From: Squalus acanthias
Lineage: Eukaryota
Length of the DNA stretch: 64,000 nucleotides
Assembly: GCA_030390025.1 (NCBI GenBank)
Contig: JASTWF010000332.1
Span: forward strand, 310,001-374,000
Reading direction: 5' to 3'
Below, piece after piece: positions 52,081 through 64,000 of this stretch (positions are counted from its first letter, which is position 1; every line of letters starts with the position of its first letter). The notes below the pieces were generated by a model. The model saw only the letters and a program-made list of their open reading frames with translations. It was not told the origin of the DNA and ran no database searches. Both the position numbers and the translations under genes were made by a program.

Positions 52081-52480
52081 GGGGGGAATTTTAACCTAAA
52101 AATCGATCCCGACCAGAACCCGCCTACTTCTGGTTTAAGTGGAGGCAGGGGGGGGGCAGGCAGCCAACCCGCTCGCAGGAGGTGGATTGTCCATTTAAAT
52201 ATTATAATGAGGCTGGCATGTCTCAGATTTAATCATCATTTTAAATTTAACTTTAGCTGGTTGGGTTTGGCAGGCTTCGCGAAACCTGCCAGCTAATGGA
52301 AGGCAAAGACTGCTGGATCCAGGAAGTTTACACTTGCCTCCTGGATGCACTGTCCCTGCCTAACCCCCCCAACCACGATTGGAGACCTCACCCCGGGCCT
52401 CTGATGTCATCTGCCTCCATACCCCCTGCTCCTCATGGTCCTCCGATGATGCTCTGAATGCGGCCACCCCCCCTCCAACC
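52081..52480. mobile_element. Probable Harbinger-type non-autonomous fragment
   Basis: Starts ggggggaattttaacc like other Harbinger-type ends here; GC-rich; no matching right end seen. Confidence 0.4.
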
Positions 52481-52708
52481 CGGGCACTTTATTTCAACGG
52501 TGTTGAGAGAGTTTTGTTCTGATGGTGCAGAAATCCATGGTCGTTGATTTAGCAGCACTGGTCAATCCCCTCCTTGTTGTTGGTGGGGCCTAGCTGTGTG
52601 CAGATTGGCTGCCGTGTTTGCCTACAAAACAACAGGCAACACTTTAAGAGTGCTTCATTGGCCGTGAAGTGCTTTGTGACATCCCGAGGAGACAAAAGAC
52701 GCTATATA

Positions 52709-53072
52709 CAGGAAACTCTTTATTAACCGGCACCGACGGGACCGGCGTGGTGCCGGTTAATCAAAAAGTCCGGATAATGGAGAGTTATATCTCCCAACGT
52801 ACGAGAGCCCCGTACACACTGACATGCGCCTGCATTCGGAGCTCCGTCTCCCCGGGGACCGCCAGCTGACCATCTGTCGTGTCCGCTGCCTACCCGGGCT
52901 GCACATTCCCCTCCCAATCTACATGCTCCGATACAAGGCAAACGCCTCGGGGTTTTTTTTAAAGTTATTTTTAAAGGAGAGATGAAGGAAAACCCCGGTT
53001 ACCTACTCAAGAATTTTGCCGGTTAAGTGAGATTTCCGGTTATTTGGGTGCCGGTTAAAAGAGAGTTTCCTG
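52709..53072. mobile_element. Tc1/mariner (pogo/Tigger-like) MITE inserted in a Deu-SINE tail
   Basis: TA|caggaaactctttattaaccggcacc ... ggtgccggttaaaagagagtttcctg|TA; the SINE tail gctata(ta)aatg..ttctttcttt is split around it. Confidence 0.9.
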
Positions 53073-54081
53073 TAAATGGAAATTCTTTCTTTGCTAAAAC
53101 ATCTCCGTTACATACAAATCTGCTACAATATTTTGGTTGGTTGCTACTGTGGAAGAAAGACAAACAAAAAAGATTTGACCTCCATCGTGAGCAAAGATAC
53201 GTTTTCACACTACACTGAATAAGAGAGGAACTTCTTACAGTAACAAATGTGATGGCAAATGCCTTGGCAGTCATGTAACATACTGGAAATAACTTTCCAT
53301 CAGCTCTGCTTATCTTAGCTGGATACCAAACCTGAAACCCTGGATGACCCTCTCAACTTTCAGCTGGTCACGCCTTTCCTTTACATGTTATAGCTGCAAA
53401 ACTGGATTTTCGACAACTTCCTAATGTTGAGGATGGCATTACAAAAGCAGAATTGTGCAAGCATAAAAATCCATTGGTCATAATTCACTATTTTTTTTTT
53501 AAATAGACCAGCACAAAAATGTTGTTATTTTTGACAACCGCGCACTGTCCTGGCCTCACTATCACAGAAAATTACTGCTACAAACAGTAGATTTAAAGTG
53601 CAGGCAAAAGTCTGTCACTGATGCCGCTGTTATACAGGGCCAGTGTTGTGCGATTAAGTTGCCACTAAACAAAGCTACTTCAGCTTGTGATCTCTGTTCG
53701 ATATACTCACACACTCCAGGTTCCCAACAAACTCAGGTCACTGCACACACAGTCACTAGTTTAAAAAAAAAACACACAATTTGGGTAAAATTCCTTTGTT
53801 TCTTTCCATAATTAAAGGACTAACTATCAAAAATTGTACTCCAAGCCACATATTGCTGCAATGTTGTTACTGGATCAATTGTTATGGAGAAAAACAGGCA
53901 TTCCATTTTTCGGTTAAATAAGAAAATACAGGCGGCAGTCAGTGTACGTACATGGGAGTTTCTTTTGTGGGCTTACAATTCTGCCATTGGGGTAAGAGAC
54001 CTTTCAATTTGGGGATAGCAAAATACTACGGATGCTGGAAAAACTCAGCAGGCCAGGCAGCATCCATGGAGAGAGAAACAA

Positions 54082-54118
54082 AGTTAACGTTTCAGGTCGA
54101 AGACCTTTCGTCAGAACT
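54082..54118 (-). ncRNA. Minimal type-I hammerhead ribozyme motif in the left PLE repeat
   Basis: Minus strand AGUU-CUGACGA-A-AGGUC(uuc)GACCU-GAA-ACGU-U-AACU. Confidence 0.8.
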
Positions 54119-54380
54119 GGAAAAAAGCAGCAAATGGAACAGATTTTAAAGTGAGGTTAGGGGCTGCGAAATGGGGGAGGGGATGAAAGAACAAAAGGGA
54201 AGGTCAGTGATAGGATGGAAGGCAGGAGAAGTAAAGAGGCATTAAGAGATATTCAAGGCAAGAGGAGGTGGTAATGGGACAGGTTGAGGAACAAAGGATG
54301 GCTCTAGATGAAGTGTGAATTGCGCTGGTAGAATGAAGGACAGCTGCCATGTGGGAGGGAAGAAAAAAGGCACAAACAAA

Positions 54381-55320
54381 AAGTTCCTCGACTTCTCCAT
54401 TTCTGGGGATAGGTTATTGACCAACATTCACTACAAGCCCACTGACTCCCACAGCTACCTGGACTACACTTCCTCCCACCCCGCCTCCTGTAAGGACTCT
54501 ATTCCATTCTCCCAGTTTCTCCGTCTCTGCCGCATCTGCTCCGACGATGCCACTTTCCATACCAGGGCTTCAGACAGGTCTTCCTTTTTCCTCAACCGAG
54601 GATTCCCCTCGACTGTGGTTGACACGGCCCTCGACCGTGTCCGTTCTATTTCCCACACGTCTGCCCTCACCCCTGACCCTCCCTCCCGGAACCACGAGAG
54701 TTACCCTTGTCCTCACCTTTCACCCCACCAGCCTCCACATTCAACGGATCATCCTCCGCCATTTCCACCACCTCCAGCGTGATCCCACCACCAAACGCAT
54801 CTTCCCCTCACCTCCCCTTTCAGCATTCCATAGGGACCGCTCCCTCCGCGACACCCTGGTCCACTCCTCTACCACCCCCAGCACCCCTTCCCCTTTGCCC
54901 GGCACCTTCCCGTGCAAGCGCAGGAGATGCAACACATGCCCTTATACCTCCCCCCTTCCCACTGTCCAGGGCCCCAAACACCCCTTCCAGGTGAAGCAGC
55001 GATTTACTTGTACTTCTTGCAATTTAGTATACTGTATTTGCTGCTCACGATGTGGTCTCCTCTACATTGGGGAGACCTAACACAGATTGGGTGACCGCTT
55101 TGCGGAACACCTCCGTTCAGTCCGTAAGGGGGACCCAGAGCTTCCGGTTGCCTGTCACTTTAATTCACCGCTCCATTCCCACTCAGACCTCACCGTCCTC
55201 GGCCTCTTGCATTGTTCCACAGAAGCTCAGCGTAAGCTCGAGGAACAGCACCTCATCTTTCGATTAGGCACTCTACAGCCCTCTGGACTCAACATAGAGT
55301 TCAACAATTTCAGATCATAA
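54381..55320 (+). pseudogene. PLE ORF remnant: RT C-terminus, Cys-rich linker and GIY-YIG endonuclease (frameshift and stop)
   Basis: FLD..YKPTDSHSYLDYTSSHP..SIPFSQFLRL; CKRRRCNTC; NLVYCICCSRCGLLYIGET*; RFAEH..HFN..EQHLIFRLGTLQPSGLN. Confidence 0.93.
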
Positions 55321-55621
55321 CCTCGGCCCCTATCACATATGTATATTTTTTATCCACACTTTGTTTGTTCCTTTTTTCTTCCCTCCCACATGGCAGCTGT
55401 CCTTCATTCTGCAAGCGCAATTCACACTTCATCTAGAGCCATCCTTTGTTCCTTAACTGTCCCATTACCATCTCCTCTTGCCTTGAATATCTCTTAATGC
55501 CTCTTTACTTCTCCTGCCTTCCATCCGATCTCTGACCTTCCCTTTTGTTCTTTCATCCCCTCCCCCATTTCCCAGCCCCTAACCTCACTTTAAAATCTGT
55601 TCCCTTTCCTGCTTTTTTTCC

Positions 55622-55658
55622 AGTTCTGACGAAAGGTCTTCGACCTGAAACGTTAACT
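55622..55658 (+). ncRNA. Minimal type-I hammerhead ribozyme motif in the right PLE repeat
   Basis: agtt CTGACGA a aggtc ttc gacct GAA acgt t aact. Confidence 0.82.
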
Positions 55659-55723
55659 CTGTTTCTCTCTCTCCACGGATGCTGCCTGGCCTGCTGAGTT
55701 TTTCCAGCGTTTTCTGTTATTTA

Positions 55724-56586
55724 AATTTGGGGAGTCAGTTCACGGACCGTGGCCTCCCAGGATTGGAATTAAAGAAGCGGTGTAAAAACCACCTTTAGTT
55801 ACAGGTGTGAATTTAGTCATCTGAACAGGGGTTGGTGGTGGTGGGGGGGGGGGGGGGGGGGGGGGCGCGGAGAAGAGAGAGAAATCTAGTCGAACTCCAG
55901 AGCCATTCATGCTGTGCTGGCTTCAAGTTATATCAGAGCCAATACACGATGAATATCTGCAGTCAGACCAATGAATCTGCCAAACTGATAAGTCAAACAG
56001 ACAAATACTTTCTGCACTTCCTTATGCTCAGACATCAATTTAAAAGCTGTACCCTTTGAAAATCAGTGCTAGCATCATACACTGACAGAATTCTATTGAA
56101 CATGTGTGTGTTCAAATGCAGCATCACAAAATACAGGAACAGCTGTATGGATTAAGGGGTTCAAACAGCAGAATCCAGAATATGAAAGAAGAAAGCATAC
56201 AGCACTGGATCGGTTATTAACAAGAGTCTTAACTACTAAATAATCTAGCCGTACACATTCGGCATCTCTATTTGTGTGAAGGCTGCAGTTAAACGATCGG
56301 ATCGGACACAGTCCATCTCCTCACATACCCAGCAAATACAATCAATGTTTGTGACAATGCCAAAAATCCTTTTCAGAGCAATGCAAGCATCACAAAGTCA
56401 GAACCTGATCAGTTAATTGATTTACATTGGTCTGGTCTGCCTGCAGATATTCATCTTGTAGGGGCACGGATATAACCCAACCCCAGCTCAGGCTAATTTA
56501 CACCTGTAATTGAAGGTTCTTTTACACTGGCGCATGTTTAATTTGGGGTCTGAGAGATCTGGGTCTGTAAACTGACTCCCAAAATT
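55724..56586. mobile_element. Old unclassified element with ~110-bp imperfect terminal inverted repeats
   Basis: 55724-55835 (aatttggggagtcagttcacggacc..gtgtaaaa..ttacaggtgtgaatttag..ggggttgg) is inverted at 56477-56586. Confidence 0.7.
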
Positions 56587-59500
56587 TAACAAACTGAATC
56601 CAGGTCCTTTATTTCAAATGGATTTCAGTTGGTTACATACAATAAGATCCCTCAAGCAAAAAATAATTCATTTCGCAACAGTTATAAAATGCTAAAGTAT
56701 TCTGGGAGTGCGAGCTGATTACAACCCTTTGAGCAATACATATACGCCTTGAAATTATGCTTTTTGAATATTAGCATATGAATATTTCATGCATTCACAT
56801 GAAATTCCTCCATCCACTAATTTAACAGAAATGTCAATGCCGCTGTTAAAATAGCAGAGATATAGAGAGAGATAGAGAGATCTATAGAGCGAGCGAGAGA
56901 CAACAGCAAACCACATCAAATAACATGCAGAGGCTGATTCCACTCTTTCGTAAATACCAATGTGTCCAATGTATTTTCCATTTATATATTAGAATACAAA
57001 ATAAGAAAGAGAGAAATATTATACATAAAGCAACCATCTAAGACTTTTTAAATATTGTTTTTCTTGATTCAGGAATAGATCACATAAAATGCACTGTAGT
57101 GCCCAAGATCAAATTTATTACCACAGTTTGATTAAATAAATTAGTACAAAAACAATTATAAACACAGAAGAGAATAGTTAAGAAACCAAAAACAGAAGTC
57201 TCTTGAATGGTGTTAGCAGCCTTGTCAACAAGACCCAGCAGCACTGCAATGCTCATACATGCAGAATCCAAGCATTGCCCAACACTCGGACCCCATCATC
57301 AGTAAAACAATTGATTTCTGTGTCATCAGGTAAGTGGGAAAGCTACACCACGTGATGTGAGGCACAGATACCCTTGGTCTTGCCTCAAGGTACACTGCCT
57401 CCTATTTATCCAACATTAAACAGGCAAGCACCAGAACTTTGACAGAAATATGTGAACCCTTGCATTCCAGTAGGATCAGTCAGCATGAGTAGTAAAGTAC
57501 AAGGGAGGGAACAACTTAATGAAAATTCATAGTGGGTTCAAATGCCGTTCCAAAGAGTAAAACATGGTATGCAAATATACACATCTGATCTCACTGATCA
57601 AATGCCTGACCCAATATTACTCACACAGTTGGACAGAGACCAACTCATTTGTTGGAATTAAAGGGTATGATTTATACACAGGCCCAAGATATGATTGCAT
57701 AACATTTATAAAGCTCATAGCTGATATTATTCCATATCCTAAATGTTGAATATTAAACAAAGCACACTTAAACATTGATCACGCACCGAAACAGGAAAAG
57801 TATTCAGCGATAAACCCCATGGATTAGAAGTCTTTCCATGTTCCCTTTCCTCACTGTAATTTTTGCACTAAGACTTTTAACTTTTGTAAGAAAAAAAGCC
57901 AAAAGTTGGTTCAAATCAGAATAGAGATAGATAGAGATAGATAGAGATATATATACAGAGCTGGCAGCAAGACACACAGAATTAGTCACAATCGCACTGG
58001 GTCACGTAAAGATGTGTTGAACCCCAAATACCCTTGTAGATAAATTAGGTTTTGAAATGTTCCAAAGTTTCAATTAACCCAGTTACAACAACTTCACTCA
58101 ACTCTTGTCTTTGATCTGTTGAGTCACAGTAATCCTTCACACTCACTGCAACTTGCAACAACTTGGCTCCAAATTTATTTAAATTGAGTGCCTTAAATGT
58201 ATCCCACCGTCTCTGCTGGTCGGTGTATTCCACTATAGTCGAGTTTCCCAATTTAAAAAAAAAATGCAAGAAATGGAGCTTTCCAGATCTGCAAAATTTA
58301 AAAACGATATAGAAACAATATTGCCAATCAGTAAGTGCATACATAAAGCACAAAGCACTTGTTAATTGCTACTCTATATTAGTCTCAAAGCTTAGAACTG
58401 CTGCACGGAGGCAGAAAATCTTTTAAAAAAAGGTACACAAAACATAATAGAAATAGAAATTATAAATTCTTAAACGTTTTAAATACTTGAATTTCAAATA
58501 TCAATTTGCTTTACATTTCTAACCAGGCATTTTATAAAAACTGAAGAGATTAAAATGCGAGCATTTATCTCTCCTTTTTAAAGCCTAATTATCATGATGT
58601 AACAGTGTATCTATCATATTGGGGAAAAAAACCCAGCCCAGAGGAACCAGCCTAAACATTCTAATGCAAGGTCCTCACTCCCACTTAAAAACGCTCAGGT
58701 TCAAAACGTCCCCTTTAAAACCTCTGGGAATGTGAATTGGGCAAGATGATCAAAGTGCAAAACTATGTCAAACTAGAAGAAAGGACCCGATACGTTTAAT
58801 GAAAGAGAAACCTTAATGAAGTATGCACTAGTCAGTAGACACAGCTGTTACTGCCCAAAATAAAACGGAGCACTTAAGGTGCTATAACCGGTCATTTTGA
58901 AATTGATGTTAATACAAATGGATAATGGTCATCGTTTGTTGGCCGATATAAGCGTCTGATCGTTTTAAACGTGGATGTTTTAAGTGGCGGAGACAGTACC
59001 AAATACTCAAAAGGAAAGCAGAAACACCATCACACGGACTGCGGATTCTGGCACCCTGCCCACAACGGTTCACGGTGATAGTGGAAACAAGTAAACTTAA
59101 TAGAACAATATAGTGGTAGTATTACCACACCTTCAGAAAAACACAACTCTTCTTGTTGGGACTTGTAGGATTTCTGTCTCCTTTGTAAAGAACAGCAGAA
59201 ACGACAATGACCACGCACTGGTTCAAGGCACAGTCAACCAAGACCACCTACAGAAAATATTCCACTTGCATTCAGATAGCCTACACTGCAATCTACTGTA
59301 TCAGTGTTTTATTTAAAAAGAAATTGCTTCAAGTAGTTATGCTTAAAAGTTATTAAAATGTATTTGCGCCTAATATGCAATTCTAAATTATTAAAGCGAA
59401 CCAATGAATAAGCACAGTCATCTCTTTGGGGAATCATACTTTGCACTTCAATCTTGAACACTTTCAAAAAAAAAAATTGCAGATTTTCAGAACCAATGTT

Positions 59501-62237
59501 CAAAAGGCTCTAAACAAGGAAATGAACACCCAAAATCCTTCAATTCAGGATTTACAATCAGTTGAATTTTAAGTCTTGAATCCCAGGGACTTGCAATTGC
59601 AAATTAAGTTTTACCAGAGATGCAAATCCAGCCAAATGGTCATACTGCCAAACAGATGACAACTTGTGCAATCCATTCTGGCAAAGCTTTTTCCCTTCCC
59701 ACTCTGTAGACTCTGTTAATCTTTGGACTGGCACTCCCAAATAACTATACATTTTTGTCACAGATAAGATTCAGAGAGAAACTCATTTTTTAAGCATAAT
59801 GCTAGAGAACATTGTTGCCCTGACAGCACAGGCACATCATAATAAAAAGCAACACATTTATTAGCAATAAAATGAAAAAGTTGATGGGATACATCAATAA
59901 CTCAATGTTTGCTATCGGCCAAGCAATTTTTATAAAACGGTTCACAGAAAATATCAGGGGATACATCACAAAAAAATACCTGCGCCCTTAGGCACTACCA
60001 CTGCACGTACTTAGTACAATTTTTGACTGTAATGCAGATTATGCTTTCTCTTCTTCCAACAGTGTTTCCCTGTCCTATTCAGTACCAAATTGGAGGACAT
60101 TTTCCTCTGTGCACCAGTTTAGCATAGAGTACAAAGCAGGTTTCCTCGCTTTATATTCATGCTGACTTCATTGGCTAACGTTAGCAAATGGAGGAAGATA
60201 TACCCTAAACATCTCTTCCTGTCCTGATGAATCATGGTTGAACGCTGGAGCACACAATGCATCAGTGCTTAATTGTCCAGTCGCCAATAACTACCGCTTT
60301 ATTGCTATGTCTGGTGCTTCCTTTCAATTGAAAAGCATTACCTTCCAAACAACCTCCGCTTTGATCAAATAGATGGCCTGCATCGTTTTAAGGATGTGAA
60401 CAGCCCACCTACCACATCAGTCGCTGCAAAGTCCAACAGGGAAAAGGGGGGCAGCAGTGAAGGGGATGCAGTGGAGACATGGTGCTTATGCATTGACACT
60501 GCCAGAGTACTCCTAAAAGCGACAGCACTGATAGGAACAGAAGAGAAAACTTAAACATTATATTCTATGACTCCAAGTCCTTGCAAGAGTTTACTTATTA
60601 TTCCCACAGTACCCACCGCTACAACTTGGGAGGCATCTTTTCTAAACAGTTACACAAGAGCCTCCTATTTATCCTGGGCCAGGTTAGAACCTTGTATCAG
60701 TCCAAGATTAAAAGACCAGGGTCATGGGTGAAAACCTCACTGGCAGGGTCGGCAAATGATCTTCTCAAGACAAAAGTGAAACAAAGGAATTGCAAACAAT
60801 GATTGCGTTACTTTAAAAATACTAAAGACGAAATGCCATCAGCTTAGATTACAAATCAGAAGAGTTTTTTTGGGGCACTTGGAACTCTCATATAGATCAG
60901 CTGGTACATTAACCAGCCAACAGCAATCCACTGCAGTTAATCCTTTCACCATTTTGTCATGTATTTCATCGTCTCACTCGCAGCAGAGGAGGCCAAGGAA
61001 GTAGGGAAGACCCTACACGCCGTATCCTCAGTGTACAGCTAGCCAAATAAAACACAAACACATCATCAAACAAGTTCTATGGAGCCAGACAAGGAGCAAA
61101 AGCCGGTGAACATGTTACAGGAATTCATAATCAGATCTCTGGTCCAGGATATCGATTGCTCATTTAACACGTTGAAGCAGTGTTAATGCTCAACAGCTCA
61201 GGGTTGTCCAAACTCTTAGGAGCGAGGCCAGATCCACATGCTATAACTTGAGAGAGGTTCGCTCATGATTAAAATGTCTTTTTCACCAGGCAGATTCACG
61301 AGTAAACACCAAGTCCAACATAATCACTTTATTTTCTAATTAAAAATAGTTAAACATTTATTGGAGAAGCATTCTGAATCATTCCAAACATCCCAAGATT
61401 TGCAGCTGTTGGCTACACCATGTGCAATTCCCTAAAAAAAAATCAGAATGCCTGTACATGAAAATTCAATGCGCAAAGCCTCCAGACGCCAAAAAATACA
61501 ACCCCCTCCAAACCCCACTCTAAAAATCAATACCTCAAAAAGACCACCCACCCCACACCCCCCCAAAAGAAATGGCTAGAATTGGTTAGTTGCTAATCTC
61601 TTCCGGATCTGGTCTGCACTGCATCTCCACTGCTACCACGTTTGGTCTCCTCCAGTCAATGCCACCATGATCTTCTCCACCACTCGCTCTCTGAAGTGAT
61701 TTCTTCGCCGGTTGTTTGCAGCATTTTGAATTTCCCAGGGCGAGAGATGGGTGAAAAAAAATTAAAAAGCGTGCCCCTTCATTATTATAGACCTTCCACC
61801 CCGACAAAGAGAAGGCAGTCTTTTCCAATCCTCCGAGCCTGTAAAGTTCAAAAAGCTGCAACCAACCACAGCAGCTTAGGTGATCAACCACACAAACAAA
61901 AGGCGACGACTCCAGAGCTTCGAGGGCTGGATAATGGGTTCACTGGCAGTGTATGACTCCAGTTGTCCCTAGATCACTCCAGCATCCCTAATTAGGGACA
62001 GCACTGTTTGCCTCAGTTTCGAGTAGCCTTGGATAAAAGTGGCCCAAACATTGCGTGTTTCACGAAAAAAAAAGCCAGCTAGTCTGCCACAACTGGCCAG
62101 CATCCCCATATATGGTCAAAATTACAAAATGGACAAAACAAACGCTAATTCTCAGTGCATTGCTATATGGAGCTTAAAAGACCCGAATGCACCAAAAGAT
62201 AAATTGCTCATATTACGAGACATAGGTCATTACAAAC

Positions 62238-62486
62238 ATATGGGAACACCACCACCGCCAAGTTCCCCTCCAAGTCACACACCATCCTGACTTAGAATTA
62301 TATCGTCGTTCCTTCATCGTCGCTGGGTCAAAATCCTGAAACTCCCTCCCTAACAGCACTGTGGGAGTACCTTCACCACACACACTGCAGCGGTTCAAGA
62401 AGGCAGCTCATCACTACCTTCTCAAGGGCAATTAGGGATGGGCAATAAATGCTGACCGTGCCACATCCCATGAACGAATAAAAAAA
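62238..62486 (+). mobile_element. LINE (CR1/L2 group) 3' end
   Basis: tcaaaatcctgaaactccctccctaac (decayed WNSLP), aagggcaattagggatgggcaataaatgctg, gaataaaaaaa tail. Confidence 0.8.
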
Positions 62487-64000
62487 GAGAAGTTGTGGCC
62501 TTTTGTACAACAATTAGCAGAAGCAGGTCAACTGACTGAGGTTTAAGGAGGTGACATGTTCTCCTGGAAAGGCGAGAATGTAAATGAAGAGCACAAAACA
62601 AGAATCAGTTCTGCCATTCACCAAGAGCTTGTGCAATAATTAGATTTATCTATGGACATAAATGATCGATTGATGCCTCTACATCTCCTGCTTGCAAAGA
62701 AGCATTTTTCCCCCCTTGGTCAAATCATCTACCGGCACTCACTATGTAGGCAAGGACACCATCTGCAATCCTCCACCTTTCCCAAACTAACTGCATTTCC
62801 TTAGCTCACACAAGGCAACGTGCCTGATTTTCCAGGTTCTCATTGTGGCTTCTTGGATTCTGCATGTGCAACTTCCTTGAAGGATTACTTGAAAATATCA
62901 CTGTTATTGCAATCGCATTGTGTGACAATAGGATATGATGCACCCATCGCTTGCAAAATAGTTTTGAACACACAGGTACAAACGACGACACAGATTTATC
63001 TTTCCTCTAAGGAAAGCTCAGACAGATGGCTGCAGACATTTAGTTACTGGATGCAATCTGAATTAATAAACATCAGGCTTTAGATTTATGAGACAAGCTG
63101 TGGGCTGGAAGAGATTGCAGCAAGTGCAATATGATAAAAAATATTGCAAGGATCATGGTCTAGCGAATATGATAGAATAGTAAAAATAAGAACAGCTGTA
63201 TCCAACAGCACGAAGCAGACAATCTGACTTCAGCTAACCACAAAAGGAAAAAAAAATCTTTTCCTATTTCTGTAATGATATTCAGTTTAACTGATAGACA
63301 AGAATGTAAACAGACAGACATTACTGAACAGAAGCAGATTTACTGAACAGATTATAGGAGTTGCTTGACATGAATCCACTTTACTTAATTCCACTTGAGG
63401 TCCAAGGTCCGCTGTGTTTACATTAGAGCTGAGATGGTTTGTGACCAGCGTGTCTTCGCACAGTTCAAAGTCATCATTTCAGAGCAATTGTGGCTTCAAG
63501 CTTACATTGGGCCGGCAATTTTAAAATTTAAATTCCTGGCTGGATAAGGCAGTTTCAGCTCCCTTTTAAAATCTCGAATTCACACATTCATTCAGTTTAC
63601 CTTACTTTGTTAGTTGAATCCAGAATGGAATTCATTCCACAATGCATACTTGCATGGGAGGTAGAGTGGGAATGGGTCCACTTTCATGCAATTCCTTATT
63701 TCCTGACTAGCTATCTTTAATGGAATGTTTCCTCGACCCATCGGTGGGTCGATACAATGAGCAGTTTAGTAATGAGCGGTTTAGTAATGAGCGTACCCAT
63801 CAGACAGCAACCAGATTCAATTCCTGCGCTGTAATCACCAGGTTGATTTCAGCCAGCCTGACAGAGAAAGGGGAGGCGAGAGGTAGAATGCTAGAATTGG
63901 TGTCAATGTCAACCTTGACAAGCTGGCGCAGGCCACCACCTTTATAACCGTACCCAAGAGGACTGGAGGCTTTTAGGAGCGATGGGGAGAAAAGGGAAGA

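Larger units (their letters stand above)
54016..55723 (+). mobile_element. Penelope-like retroelement (Neptune-type), 5'-truncated, with inverted ~350-bp terminal repeats
   Basis: Arms ~54032-54380 and ~55360-55709 are inverted; candidate TSD aatttgggga at 54006-54015 and 55724-55733. Confidence 0.93.

Noticed and set aside
61586..61956. Overlapping ~100-aa ORFs on both strands
   Set aside because: No recognisable homology and no convincing exon boundaries
63756..63793. 15-bp tandem repeat aatgagc(a/g)gtttagt, about 2.5 units
   Set aside because: Simple local duplication without spacers; not CRISPR-like
1..64000. Prokaryotic-type systems (operons, CRISPR, retrons, defence islands) suggested by the RT ORFs
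   Set aside because: All RT ORFs are frameshifted eukaryotic CR1/L2/Penelope retroelements; low coding density, microsatellites and SINEs indicate vertebrate DNA

Overview
Eukaryotic, repeat-rich, non-coding DNA. The repeat repertoire (CR1 LINEs with CATAGAAA-type tails, Deu-domain SINEs, Neptune-type Penelope elements, Harbinger derivatives) points to a cartilaginous fish such as a shark; this is inference. No intact host protein-coding gene is recognisable. Every convincing ORF is a decayed transposon ORF: CR1/L2 reverse transcriptase and endonuclease, a CR1 ORF1 SGNH esterase, a Penelope RT/GIY-YIG, and Harbinger Myb/SANT proteins. The most notable structures are: (i) minimal type-I hammerhead ribozyme motifs in both arms of two Penelope-derived inverted-repeat insertions, one a 234-bp near-perfect palindrome with a 12-bp TSD; (ii) several nested insertions, some with readable TSDs, including a solo LTR inside a near-full-length CR1; (iii) an old ~860-bp element with ~110-bp imperfect terminal inverted repeats; and (iv) a candidate minus-strand 5'UTR-like exon (50428-50749) with two hairpins and uORFs, ending ATG|GTGAGA. 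The window is most likely intronic. I found no evidence of a wholly new biological system beyond these candidates.
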